A DNA stretch of 64,000 nucleotides from Alphaproteobacteria bacterium UBA6038 (GCA_002429315.1 DIZC01000104.1:6055-70054); one strand, 5' to 3'. Numbered from the stretch's first letter, positions 33,240 through 43,211 are shown. Program-made: numbers and translations. The notes: generated by a model from the sequence alone, not told the origin.

Positions 33240-34819
33240 TGCGGCACGAGCCTATGCAGCGGCAAGACGAGCTTCGCAGGGTCGAGGAGATCGTCTCGGT
33301 TCAGGCGATGAAGACGCCTGAACGGATTGCGCTGGTCCAAGATGGCCGCCATTGCACCTATGGCGAATTGCAGCGTGCCATCGCCTTTGGGGCAAAATGG
33401 CTGGCGCAACAGGGCGCGCGGCCGTGCGATCGCGTGCTGCTGGTGTGCGAGAACTCGTTTGCGGCAGTGGCGGTTTATTTCGCCTGCGCGACCGTCGGGG
33501 CATGGCCGGTGATCGTGAACGCCCGGCTCTCGGCGCGCGAGATCGACGACATCGCCGCGCACTGCGAAAGCCGGCTGATGCTGTTCACCACGTCCGGATC
33601 GTCGCGCGCCAAGGCCCACGCGGAGCGGCGCGGCGCAACGATGCTTCCGGACCTTGCCGGCGTGGGCGCCGTTGCCATCGGTCCGTTGAACGGGAGCGTG
33701 GAACAGGAAGCGGAAGCGGACAATAGCGACGGCCAATCGGATGTTGCCGCGCTCATCTACACCACGGGCACCACCGGCCGCCCTAAAGGCGTGATGCTGA
33801 CGCACACAAATCTGCTGTTCGTCGCGCGTGCCACCGCGGAAGCCCGCGGGCTGACGAGTGCGGACCGTGTCTATGCGACTTTGCCCATCTCGCATGCCCT
33901 GGGACTGACCGGCGTCTTGCTGGGCTCGCTGCTCTCCGGCGCGGAAGTGCATCTGACGTCGCGCTTCGACCCGGCGGCGGTCCTCGCCGAGCTCGGCAAC
34001 GGCGGCATCAGCGTGATGATCGGCACGCCCTCTATGTATGCGCTGCTGGTGGAATACGCCAAGCGCAAACAACTCGTTCCCATTGCCGCGCCATCGCTGC
34101 GGCTCATGTCCTCCGCCGGCGCGCCGCTCGATGCAACGACAAAGGCCGACGCCGAAGCGGCATTCGGGCAGACGCTCCACAACGGATATGGCATTTCGGA
34201 ATGCGGCCCCAGTATTTCTCTCACCGCGCTGGATGCGCCGCGCGGCGATTGCTCCGTGGGACGCCTGCTGGCCGGCGTGGAAGCGAGGCTGGTCGTCGGC
34301 GCGAACGACGAGGCTGGCACGAAAATGGGCGAGCTTTTGATCCGCAGCCCCGGCGTGATGAAGGGCTACTATCGCGCGCCGGAGGAAACGCGGGCGGCGA
34401 TCGACGATACGGGTTGGTTCCGCACCGGGGATCTCGCACGGATCGATAATGATCACCTGTTCATCGTCGGCCGCGCGAAAGAGATGATCATCCGGTTCGG
34501 ATTCAACGTTTATCCGGCCGAGGTGGAAGCGGTGCTGAACGCGCATCCACAAGTCGTGCGGTCGGTTGTGGCCGGCCATGTGCGCAACGGCACCGAGGAT
34601 ATCCTGGCCTTCGTGCAGATGGCAGGCGGAACGACAACCGCAGCCGCCGATCTGGCCGATTACTCGGCATCTCGGCTCGCGCCTTACAAGCGGCCCACGG
34701 AGATCGTCGTTGTTTGCGAAATGCCAATGAATGCGAACGGAAAGGTGTTGAAAGCAGAGCTCGTGGCTAAATGGATGGAATCGAATGCTTCGGCTCCTCC
34801 GGCGAGTGCGGCAGCATGA
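33239..34819 (+). CDS. Class I adenylate-forming enzyme (acyl-CoA/acyl-carrier ligase)
   Basis: YTTGTTGRPKG, GYGISE, FRTGDL, GRAKEMIIRFGFNVYPAEVE, NANGKVLK; TGATG overlap. Confidence 0.92.
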   Translation: MRHEPMQRQDELRRVEEIVSVQAMKTPERIALVQDGRHCTYGELQRAIAFGAKWLAQQGARPCDRVLLVCENSFAAVAVYFACATVGAWPVIVNARLSAREIDDIAAHCESRLMLFTTSGSSRAKAHAERRGATMLPDLAGVGAVAIGPLNGSVEQEAEADNSDGQSDVAALIYTTGTTGRPKGVMLTHTNLLFVARATAEARGLTSADRVYATLPISHALGLTGVLLGSLLSGAEVHLTSRFDPAAVLAELGNGGISVMIGTPSMYALLVEYAKRKQLVPIAAPSLRLMSSAGAPLDATTKADAEAAFGQTLHNGYGISECGPSISLTALDAPRGDCSVGRLLAGVEARLVVGANDEAGTKMGELLIRSPGVMKGYYRAPEETRAAIDDTGWFRTGDLARIDNDHLFIVGRAKEMIIRFGFNVYPAEVEAVLNAHPQVVRSVVAGHVRNGTEDILAFVQMAGGTTTAAADLADYSASRLAPYKRPTEIVVVCEMPMNANGKVLKAELVAKWMESNASAPPASAAA

Positions 34820-35205
34820 GCACGGCCGAAGGCGACTGGGTCTCCTGGAGCATCGACGGGCGGGCCGGTGCGAAGCTATGCCTCGGCCCCGTATTCCTCG
34901 GCGAGATCAGCTACCCACACGATTTGGGCCTGGGCGCGCGCTGGAGAGCGTGGTTGAACCATGAGCATCTCGGATTCTTCCGCAATGCCGAAGAAGCGAA
35001 AAGCCGGATCGAACGCGAAGTGCTGGAGCGGCTTCGTCTCATGGAGCCTGCGTGGACGAGATTTCAGGCGCGCGCCCAATCGAACGCAGCTACGCTGGAG
35101 TTCGCACCTGTCGCCGTGGTGAGGGCCGGCTCGTTTCCGCAACGCGAATCGAAAGCCGGTCCCGTGATGGCGAATTCCGCGCAGCGAAAAGGCCGCGCGG
35201 CCTAA
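34816..35205 (+). CDS. Hypothetical protein, 129 aa, coupled to the ligase gene
   Basis: ATG 34816 overlaps ligase stop (ATGA); host-like codons; no recognised domain. Confidence 0.65.
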   Translation: MSTAEGDWVSWSIDGRAGAKLCLGPVFLGEISYPHDLGLGARWRAWLNHEHLGFFRNAEEAKSRIEREVLERLRLMEPAWTRFQARAQSNAATLEFAPVAVVRAGSFPQRESKAGPVMANSAQRKGRAA

Positions 35206-35412
35206 GCGCACGATCATGCGCCTGTGAAAGCCGTGTGCCAGACCGATCGAGCGGCCCCTAACCGGCGCCTTTCCGGTGCCCGTGCATCCCAAAACGGAAC
35301 GATTCTCTTTTCTTTGAAACACTGTCGGCTGGCGCCAAATGTGCATCGCGGCGGCCAAATGCCCAGCCAACCGCATATCGCGTCGGAAAGAAATGGCCGA
35401 AGCTCCGGCAGG

Positions 35413-36681
35413 ATGCTGCATAGCGCGCTCCGGGCATTCGTATTGGTCTCGGGAGTTCCTCTGGGCTTCTACGGCTCCTCCGCCCTGGCGGTCTCTGTCG
35501 ACTGGCAACAAAGCTACAACAACTCAGGACGTACGGGCCAAAATCGGCATGAAACCATCTTGTCAGCTGCGAACGCGGCCGGCTTGCAACTGGAATGGGC
35601 GCGCTCGTTTGCCGGTGAGGTCCGGGCATTCGTGCTGAACGATCATTATGTCATCGCACGCGTTCCGAGTGACGATGGCCAGAACCTTGACCTCTGGTAT
35701 ATCAACTATGCAACCGGAGAGATGGCCTGGCGAGTCGATACCGGACCCGACGTTGCAGGAGCAAACGGAACGCTTGCGACCGGCGACAAGCTGATTTTCA
35801 GCGAGTGCGGCCTTGTCGATGCGGTGGGCTACAAATACAGCGGTATCTGCGCCTATCGAAAGAGGGATGGGCGCAAGGCCTGGCAGTTTTCCAACCCTTG
35901 CAACTGTACCCCCGAGGCGAACGTCGTCACCCCGCTCGTTTATCTCAGCAATGGCGTTGTAATCTTCGGATATTTCAACGGCGGCACCGGCGGCAAGGAA
36001 TACGTGCTGGCGGCGCGCGCCGCTACCGGCCAAATCCTTGGCGCGTATCAGACGGGAGGGATCGGCTCCCTTGGCAACGCCCCGATAACCGGCGGGACAG
36101 AAAAAGTGTTTTTCGATTGCGGCGGCAATGTGTGTGCGGTGGATCACAGAAACGGGAACTTCCTCTGGAAGTCGAACGTGGGCGCGCCGATCGGCGCCTT
36201 CAGCGCCGACCGAAATGGCCGACTCTACGCAACCCTCTGCAATGGCCCCGCGGGGCTGATCGCCCTGGACGCCGTGACCGGCGCGCCGCTTTGGTCGTAT
36301 GGGGGGTCCGGATGCAGTCAAGCGCCTGCAGCGGTCGCCGGCAATCGCGTTTACTTCGCGGCGGCGGACGGCAATGTGCGTGCTCTGGACGTGGGAACGG
36401 GAGCGGAAATTTGGTCCGCAGCTCCGGGGACCGCGTCATCGGCTTCGCTGGCCAATGGCGTGATGTACGTTGAGGGCCTATCCGGCGCGCCGGCGGCGAG
36501 CGCTTACGATGCGACGACGGGAGCGCTCCTCTGGAGCAGCCCATCCCACTCGGCGAGCCATCACCCCCCGCCCGTGATCGTCGATGGAACCGTGTACGTG
36601 GCGAACGGCGCGTGCGGGAATCTGTGCGCCTATCACCTGCCAGTCGCGGGCGCCCATCGCCCGTCGTTCTCGCGACACTGA
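35413..36681 (+). CDS. Secreted PQQ-binding-like (BamB-type) beta-propeller protein
   Basis: Signal-like N-terminus, WQQSYNNSGRTGQN start of mature region, repeated A-D-xxTG-xxxW blades; start uncertain (35359 or 35413). Confidence 0.8.
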   Translation: MLHSALRAFVLVSGVPLGFYGSSALAVSVDWQQSYNNSGRTGQNRHETILSAANAAGLQLEWARSFAGEVRAFVLNDHYVIARVPSDDGQNLDLWYINYATGEMAWRVDTGPDVAGANGTLATGDKLIFSECGLVDAVGYKYSGICAYRKRDGRKAWQFSNPCNCTPEANVVTPLVYLSNGVVIFGYFNGGTGGKEYVLAARAATGQILGAYQTGGIGSLGNAPITGGTEKVFFDCGGNVCAVDHRNGNFLWKSNVGAPIGAFSADRNGRLYATLCNGPAGLIALDAVTGAPLWSYGGSGCSQAPAAVAGNRVYFAAADGNVRALDVGTGAEIWSAAPGTASSASLANGVMYVEGLSGAPAASAYDATTGALLWSSPSHSASHHPPPVIVDGTVYVANGACGNLCAYHLPVAGAHRPSFSRH

Positions 36682-36810
36682 CCAAATTGGAACAAGCCCC
36701 ATGCGCTGGAGGCCTGTCAAATCGGCCGGCCCGTTCCTGGCGCGGCGATGCGACCAGGCCTCGTGGGGCTGCCTATGTTATCATTGCGGTCGAGTTGTGG
36801 AGAAATCGAG

Positions 36811-37701
36811 ATGCTTGAGATAGTCATCGACCAGCGCCGGCGCGATCTCGGCGGATTCGAGGTCGGGCGCGTGCTGCCGCATCCCCAGCGCCGGATGGTT
36901 GGCCCGTTCATCTTCTTCGATCACATGGGCCCTGTGACGTTTCCCCCCGGAATCTCGCGCAGCGTAGATGTGCGGCCGCATCCCCATATCGGGCTTTCGA
37001 CAGTCACCTATCTGTTCGAAGGCGAAATCATGCATCGCGACAGCGTCGGCTCCGAGCAGCCGATCCGGCCGGCCGAAGTGAATTGGATGACGGCAGGCCG
37101 CGGCATCACGCATTCCGAACGGTTCGAGAAAGCACGCGCTGAGGGCGGCGCCATGCACGGCATTCAGGCTTGGGCTGCGCTTCCGGAAGGCAGCGAAGAG
37201 ATCGAGCCAAGCTTTATGCACCACGGCCAGAGCGATCTGCCGGTCATGGAGGAGGGCGGGGTGAAAGCGCGTATTCTTGCCGGCCAGGCGTTCGGGTCCG
37301 AGGCGCGCGTGAAAACGCACTCGCCGATGTTTTATGCTCATCTGGACCTAGCGTCCGGCGCCAGCGTTGCGTTGCCGGACTATCCTGAGCGCGCGGCGTA
37401 TGTGGTTTCAGGCATAATCGAAGCGGCGGGCCAAAACTTTCATCCGGGACAGCTGCTGTTGTTCAAGCCGGGAGATTCGGCCGTTGTCACCGCTCACGAG
37501 CAGAGCACGTTGATGGCCCTGGGCGGCGAGCCGGTCGGCCCACGCTTCATCGAATGGAATTTCGTCTCCTCGTCCAGAGAACGCATCGAGCAGGCCAAGG
37601 CGGATTGGCGTGCCGGGCGGATGAAACTGCCCGATCTCGATCATGGCGAGTTCATTCCCCTGCCGCCCGATCCGCCGCCACCGCCCAATCCAATGTCTTA
37701 G
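36811..37701 (+). CDS. Pirin family protein
   Basis: GPFIFFDHMGP, PHPHIGLSTVTY, WMTAGRGITHSE metal ligands. Confidence 0.93.
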   Translation: MLEIVIDQRRRDLGGFEVGRVLPHPQRRMVGPFIFFDHMGPVTFPPGISRSVDVRPHPHIGLSTVTYLFEGEIMHRDSVGSEQPIRPAEVNWMTAGRGITHSERFEKARAEGGAMHGIQAWAALPEGSEEIEPSFMHHGQSDLPVMEEGGVKARILAGQAFGSEARVKTHSPMFYAHLDLASGASVALPDYPERAAYVVSGIIEAAGQNFHPGQLLLFKPGDSAVVTAHEQSTLMALGGEPVGPRFIEWNFVSSSRERIEQAKADWRAGRMKLPDLDHGEFIPLPPDPPPPPNPMS

Positions 37702-37731
37702 CTTGGCGGCCGCTATGGATTGACCAAGATA

Positions 37732-39273
37732 TTAGACGCCGACGCTGCTTGCGATTCCCCGGGCGTTTTCGCCCTCGGCAAACTGTGCGGCCTCGTCGGC
37801 GGCCGCGAACAGCGCCTTCGCCTTGTTCACGCTCTCCTGATATTCCGCTTCAGGCACGCTGTCGGCCACGATGCCGCCTCCCGCCTGCACGTACATCGTT
37901 CCGTCTTTGATAAGCGCAGTGCGCAAAACGATGCAGGTGTCCATCGAACCGTCGGCGGCAAAATAACCGACGGCACCTGCGTACACGGCGCCGCGCTTTT
38001 CCTTCTCCAACTCATCGATGATCTGCATGGCGCGGATTTTCGGCGCGCCGGACAGCGTGCCGGCGGGCAAACCTGCCGCCAATGCGTCGACCGCGTCCAG
38101 CCCGTCGCGGATTTCGCCTTCGACGTTGGACACCAGGTGCATCACGTGGCTGTAGCGCTCGACGAAGAAGCTGTCGGTCACGTGAACGCTGCCCACTTTC
38201 GCGACCCGGCCGACGTCGTTGCGGCCCAGATCGAGCAGCATCAGGTGCTCCGCCTTCTCCTTGGGATCGTTCGCCAGTTCCTGCGCCAGTTCTGCATCCT
38301 CTGCGGCAGATTTTCCGCGCGGACGGGTGCCCGCGATCGGCCGAATTGTGACGATGCGATCGCGGAGTCGCACCAAAATCTCCGGACTCGATCCCACGAT
38401 GGAGAAGCTGGGGAAGGCGAGGTGATACAGGAATGGAGACGGATTGAGCCGGCGCAAGGCCCGGTAGAGGGAGAACGCGGGCAACGTGAACGGCCGCCGA
38501 AATCGTTGACTTGGCACCACCTGGAAAACGTCACCGGCACGGATGTACGCCTTCGCTCGCTCCACCATAGCAAGGTAATCTGTCCGACTGGTGTTCGATC
38601 GCACGGCATCGCCTGCAACCGCGCCAGCCGTCGTCACGGCGGTGCGCGGAACGACGCGGCTGAGATCGTCGGTCACGTCATTCAGCCGCTCGCAGGCTCG
38701 CGCATAGGCGGCCCGCGCGTCCAAGCCAGCTTGCGGCCACACTGGCGTCACTACGGTGATCTCGTCGCGCACATTGTCGAAGACGGCGGTAACGGTTGGG
38801 CGGATCAGAACAGCATCCGGAATGCCGAGCGCGTCGGGAGGTGGCTCGCCCAGCCGCTCGATCAACCGCACCATGTCGTAACCGAGATAGCCGAACAGGC
38901 CCACCGCCATTGGCGGCAGATGAGGCGGCAGCATCATGCGCGTGGCGTCTACCAGGGAACGCAGGGACTGCAGCGGCGGCTCTCCGGCAGGCCCGAACGA
39001 CTCCCCCGCGCTGCGCTCATTGCGGTTGATCTCGGCCTGACCGCCGCGGCAGCGCCAGATCAAATCTGGTTTCAGGCCGACGATGGAATAGCGCCCGCGG
39101 CTTTCGCCCCCTTGCACGCTCTCGAAGAGGAAAGCATTGTCCCGCCCTTCGCACAGTTTCAGAAAAACCGAAACCGGCGTCTCGAGATCGCCTATCGATC
39201 GCCGATAAATCGGCTGAGGCCGGTTGGAATCGTAGAGCCGGGCGAAGGTCGCAAAGTCCGGCTCAATGGGCAT
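37732..39273 (-). CDS. trpE: Anthranilate synthase component I
   Basis: DLETPV, FQVVPSQRF, LNPSPF, SSPEILV, EHLMLLDLGRND, GTLSGAPKIRAM, QAGGGIVADS. Confidence 0.97.
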   Translation of the reverse strand: MPIEPDFATFARLYDSNRPQPIYRRSIGDLETPVSVFLKLCEGRDNAFLFESVQGGESRGRYSIVGLKPDLIWRCRGGQAEINRNERSAGESFGPAGEPPLQSLRSLVDATRMMLPPHLPPMAVGLFGYLGYDMVRLIERLGEPPPDALGIPDAVLIRPTVTAVFDNVRDEITVVTPVWPQAGLDARAAYARACERLNDVTDDLSRVVPRTAVTTAGAVAGDAVRSNTSRTDYLAMVERAKAYIRAGDVFQVVPSQRFRRPFTLPAFSLYRALRRLNPSPFLYHLAFPSFSIVGSSPEILVRLRDRIVTIRPIAGTRPRGKSAAEDAELAQELANDPKEKAEHLMLLDLGRNDVGRVAKVGSVHVTDSFFVERYSHVMHLVSNVEGEIRDGLDAVDALAAGLPAGTLSGAPKIRAMQIIDELEKEKRGAVYAGAVGYFAADGSMDTCIVLRTALIKDGTMYVQAGGGIVADSVPEAEYQESVNKAKALFAAADEAAQFAEGENARGIASSVGV

Positions 39274-39277
39274 TCCG

Positions 39278-41164
39278 TTACGAGCCCTCGCCAGTCAGCC
39301 GGTCGACCGCTTGCTGGTTGATGGAGACGCCTTCCTTCGTGCGGGCCGCAGTGGCGATGGTGCTGGAGAGATCCTCGCCAGCTTGCTGGCCCACCTGTCC
39401 TGCGAACCGCCTCAGATTCGGGCCCAGCAAGGCCATGGCGGGCGGGTGCTCCACGGCGGTCACCCGGGCGACGATGTAGCTGCTACCGTCCTTGGTCGGC
39501 CCATAAACGGCTTGGCCCGCGGGCACGCTGAAGATTTTGACCAGCAATGCACGAGGAAATGGCCCTTTCTCGGGTTCAGCATTGGCGGGGCGGCGCACTG
39601 GACCGCTGGTCTGCACGGCGGCGCCGATGGAAGCGGCCGCGGCTGCCAGGCTCTTTTGCGCCGTCGCTTTGGCGGCGATCTGCTTAGCGGCCGCCTCCAA
39701 GCGCTTTGCGGTCTGCTCCTTCTGCCAGGCGGCCGTTACCTCCGCGCGGATGGCATTGAGCGATTTCAGCTTGGGTGGGCGAACACCGTCCACTTTGACC
39801 ACGTATGTGGTGCCGGATTTCGCCTGGAAGGGATCCCCTTCTTCGCCCACTTCCGCCTTGAACATCTGCGCCAGCAACTCGGGATCGGTCGGGATTTGCG
39901 CCTTCGTGCCCTCAGGCGTGTCGCCGTGCGCGTCGATGGCGGGCACATGGCCCACGTGCATCCCGGATTTGATGGCCGCCTGGGTAATGTTTTCGCCGCG
40001 GCTGTTTTCGTCGATGTACTGATTGGCGACATCGGAAATCTTGGACCCGGCCAGCTCTGCGGCGATCTGCTTGCGGAGGTCCTCCTTGACGTCGGCAAAG
40101 GTCTTGCTCGTTCCGGGTGTGATGCTGACTACGTGAATGAGAGCGTAGCCAACCGGCGCTTTCAATGGCTGCGTGACGGCGCCCTGCGGCAGCGCGAACA
40201 CGGCCGAAGCACGGTCGCCCAGGTCCGCCTTGGTGAGCGTGCCGATCTGGATATCGGAGGAGCCGAGACCGCGCTGCTTGGCAAGATCGGCAAAGCTCGT
40301 TCCTGAGTCGATTTTTGCGCGCGCGGCTCGGGCGGACGCGAGGTCCGGAAACGTGATCTGCTCCAGTTCCCGCTTTTCGGGAACGATGTACTGCGATTTC
40401 TGAACCTCGTACTGCTGCTTCAGCTGAGCGTCGGTGACCTGGATCTTGCTCGCCACATCCTGCGGCGACACCCAGGCGAAGGTGACCTCGCGATATTCAG
40501 GCGTGCTGAACGGTTCCGGATGCGCTTTCATGTACGCTTGCAGTGCGGCGTCGTCCGGCGTGGGAGCCGGGCCCGCTGCGCTTGCCGGCAATGTGATGTA
40601 CTCCGCGGCGCGAATTTCGTTCAGGTAATTGAAAAAAGCTCTGGCGTAGCCGGGCGGCAATTCCAGACCAGCCCCCGCGGCGCCAAGGAATTGATCGCGC
40701 TCAAGCGCGCCCCGCACGTAATCGATGAAGCCCTGCTCGGTAAAACCCGCTTGGTCGATGATGCGCAGAAACGCCCCGTGATCGAACGTCCCCAGTGGCC
40801 CGACGAAGTTGGGGATGGCGCGAATCCTTGCTGAGACTGTATCGTCGGTGGCGGTGATGCCATAGCGCTGCATGTAGGAATCGACCGCGGTTTGGTTGAT
40901 AAGGCCGTCCAGCACCTGGTGCGCATAGGCGCGGGCCTGCGCTGGCTTGAGCACACCCTGGCGCGACGCCAACCGGGTCGCGTTGCGATAATCGCGCTGG
41001 AACAGATCGATCGGGATTTTCTCGCCGCCCACCGTGGCCACGCTGGTATCGGTGTTGCCGCGGAAAATATCTGCGATGCCCCATACCCCGAAGCTGAGCG
41101 CCAGTACGCCAAGAAATAGCGAAGCCACCCAGGACTTGGTGTATTTGCGCATCTGTTGAAGCAT
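39278..41164 (-). CDS. ppiD: SurA N-domain / PpiD-like peptidylprolyl isomerase chaperone
   Basis: MLQQMRK + TM (LSFGVWGI), SurA-N, rotamase-like region; conserved position before trpE. Confidence 0.88.
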   Translation of the reverse strand: MLQQMRKYTKSWVASLFLGVLALSFGVWGIADIFRGNTDTSVATVGGEKIPIDLFQRDYRNATRLASRQGVLKPAQARAYAHQVLDGLINQTAVDSYMQRYGITATDDTVSARIRAIPNFVGPLGTFDHGAFLRIIDQAGFTEQGFIDYVRGALERDQFLGAAGAGLELPPGYARAFFNYLNEIRAAEYITLPASAAGPAPTPDDAALQAYMKAHPEPFSTPEYREVTFAWVSPQDVASKIQVTDAQLKQQYEVQKSQYIVPEKRELEQITFPDLASARAARAKIDSGTSFADLAKQRGLGSSDIQIGTLTKADLGDRASAVFALPQGAVTQPLKAPVGYALIHVVSITPGTSKTFADVKEDLRKQIAAELAGSKISDVANQYIDENSRGENITQAAIKSGMHVGHVPAIDAHGDTPEGTKAQIPTDPELLAQMFKAEVGEEGDPFQAKSGTTYVVKVDGVRPPKLKSLNAIRAEVTAAWQKEQTAKRLEAAAKQIAAKATAQKSLAAAAASIGAAVQTSGPVRRPANAEPEKGPFPRALLVKIFSVPAGQAVYGPTKDGSSYIVARVTAVEHPPAMALLGPNLRRFAGQVGQQAGEDLSSTIATAARTKEGVSINQQAVDRLTGEGS

Positions 41165-41278
41165 GGCGAACCTTTGCGTGGCCGGAGAAGCGGCGGATCA
41201 TAAAGGGTTCGCTTGCGAAGGCCAACGCTCTGAAGGGATGGCTTTACGGCTGTATCGGCAGCCAATCCTAGCGCTGGA

Positions 41279-41602
41279 TCACGGCATCGGTATCTGCAGG
41301 GATTTCGGTTGCCAGTAGAAACGGTAGCCCGGCACCTTGGCGCCGGCTTCGAGATCCTGGGGCAGCTCTTCCTTTTTCCGCCGCAACGGCAAGACGCGGG
41401 AATCGGCAGGGGCTTCGGTCTTGTAGGTGTGACCCGGCGGCAAGTCGCGCTCGAAAACCCCCGCCCACTTCCGCTCCCATGCGGCACGCCGATCGGCGTT
41501 CATCGAATCGGCCCAGGCATTCCGGGATGCCCAGAATTCTTCCACGATCGCTGCGCGCTCCACCTCCGTCAGCGTGCCGTTTTGGTTGGCCAAGGTGTGC
41601 AT
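41279..41602 (-). CDS. Hypothetical protein, 107 aa
   Basis: ATG with ATAGGGG upstream; Trp/Arg-rich; fills the ppiD-tpiA gap. Confidence 0.6.
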   Translation of the reverse strand: MHTLANQNGTLTEVERAAIVEEFWASRNAWADSMNADRRAAWERKWAGVFERDLPPGHTYKTEAPADSRVLPLRRKKEELPQDLEAGAKVPGYRFYWQPKSLQIPMP

Positions 41603-41679
41603 GCCATTGCCCCTATCTGTCTTATTATGTACTCGAATCGCAAAGTTTCAACAGAAGATCTTGGCTAGTCGTTAATGCT

Positions 41680-42429
41680 ATGCGCCAGCTGATTGCCGGC
41701 AACTGGAAGATGAACGGGATTTCGGCCGCTTTGGCGGACATCGAAACGATTTCCGAAATTGCCGCCACCAGCGCGCCGGACGCCGATATTCTCATTTGCC
41801 CCCCCGCGACGCTTATCTGGCGCGCAGCACAGACGGCGGCCGGGCGAATCGGGATCGGCGGACAGGATTGCCACCCGGAAATTTCCGGTGCGTTCACCGG
41901 GGACATTAGCGCTGAGATGTTGCGCGACGCCGGGGCCACTGCCGTGATCGTGGGACATTCCGAGCGGCGCCAGCTCCATGGCGAAAGCAACAGTTTCGTT
42001 TCGGCCAAGGCATCCGCGGCGTGGCGCGCCGGCTTGCTTGCGATCATATGCGTGGGAGAGACGGAAGCCGAGCGGGCGTCCGGCGATCATCTCGGCGTCT
42101 GCAAGGACCAGCTCTCCGGCAGCGTGCCGGACGGCGCGGATTCGACCAACACGGTCGTCGCGTACGAGCCTGTTTGGGCAATCGGGACAGGCAAAACGCC
42201 AACCATGGACGATATCGGCTCCATGCACGCCCATATCCGCCGATGCCTGACGGCGCGGTTTGGGAGTGAAAGCAACGCGATCCGAATTCTTTATGGGGGC
42301 TCGGTAAAACCCACGAACGCGCGGGAAATCCTCGCAGTGCCCGAGGTCGGCGGCGCACTGGTGGGTGGCGCAAGCCTGAAAGCCGAGGAGTTTCACCGGA
42401 TTTTCTCCGCCGTGCCGCCCCGAGGCTGA
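41680..42429 (+). CDS. tpiA: Triosephosphate isomerase
   Basis: [42 protein letters not shown]. Confidence 0.98.
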   Translation: MRQLIAGNWKMNGISAALADIETISEIAATSAPDADILICPPATLIWRAAQTAAGRIGIGGQDCHPEISGAFTGDISAEMLRDAGATAVIVGHSERRQLHGESNSFVSAKASAAWRAGLLAIICVGETEAERASGDHLGVCKDQLSGSVPDGADSTNTVVAYEPVWAIGTGKTPTMDDIGSMHAHIRRCLTARFGSESNAIRILYGGSVKPTNAREILAVPEVGGALVGGASLKAEEFHRIFSAVPPRG

Positions 42430-42521
42430 GCGCCCGACCGTGCCGATTGCTTCGCGGCCCACGATTTGACATGCTGTTTGCTGTGGTGCGGGAGCGTCCG
42501 CTCGCTTGCGGGGGAAGAGAC

Positions 42522-43211
42522 ATGATCCGACAGCTTTCTATTGCACTTGCCGCTATAGGGCTTGCCGGGACCGCGGCTCAGGCGGGACCGCTTTCGGGGC
42601 CGCAAGGTCCCAGCGGCGTCGTGGTCAACAAGGAGTCCGGTGTTGTCGTCGCAACCAGCCCAAGAATGGATGGAGCAGGGCAGATCGCCCCGACTTTGCC
42701 GCCCCGGGTGACCACCATCGCCGGCAATCTGGCGAAGAAGTACAAAAAAGGAAGTTACATCTGTTGCTATGGCTACGACGTAAGAGGCCCAACCTCCGGC
42801 TTTGGGCAACAATGGCTCGGCGTGCCGTTTACACCGGCGGCCAACTTTACGATTACGGCAATAGAGGTTCCCATCAGCTACGAGACTGGGACCAATAAAT
42901 TCGTTATCACCTTGAACCATGACAGCGGCGGTGTTCCTGGCACTCAAATGGCCGCATTTACGGTTACGAATGTGCCCGCATTCCCGACCTGCTGTGCGCT
43001 TGCGACGGTGAGCCCAAACAGCGTCTCCGTCACCGGCGGGCAGCATTACTGGATAACCGTTCAGACCAGCAGCACGGGACAAAGCGCCAGGGGCGCCTGG
43101 AACGCGAACGACACGGACCAGACCGATGCCCAAAGCGTGGCCGCGAATTCCGGCACCTGGGGCACGGCGAGCTTGACGCCAGGATTGGCGTTTGCGGTGT
43201 TCGGCAACTAA
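42522..43211 (+). CDS. Secreted beta-rich protein, choice-of-anchor R-like
   Basis: Signal peptide; FTP...ITAIEVP, DSGGVPG, YWITVQ; two vicinal CC motifs. Domain name from recall only. Confidence 0.72.
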   Translation: MIRQLSIALAAIGLAGTAAQAGPLSGPQGPSGVVVNKESGVVVATSPRMDGAGQIAPTLPPRVTTIAGNLAKKYKKGSYICCYGYDVRGPTSGFGQQWLGVPFTPAANFTITAIEVPISYETGTNKFVITLNHDSGGVPGTQMAAFTVTNVPAFPTCCALATVSPNSVSVTGGQHYWITVQTSSTGQSARGAWNANDTDQTDAQSVAANSGTWGTASLTPGLAFAVFGN

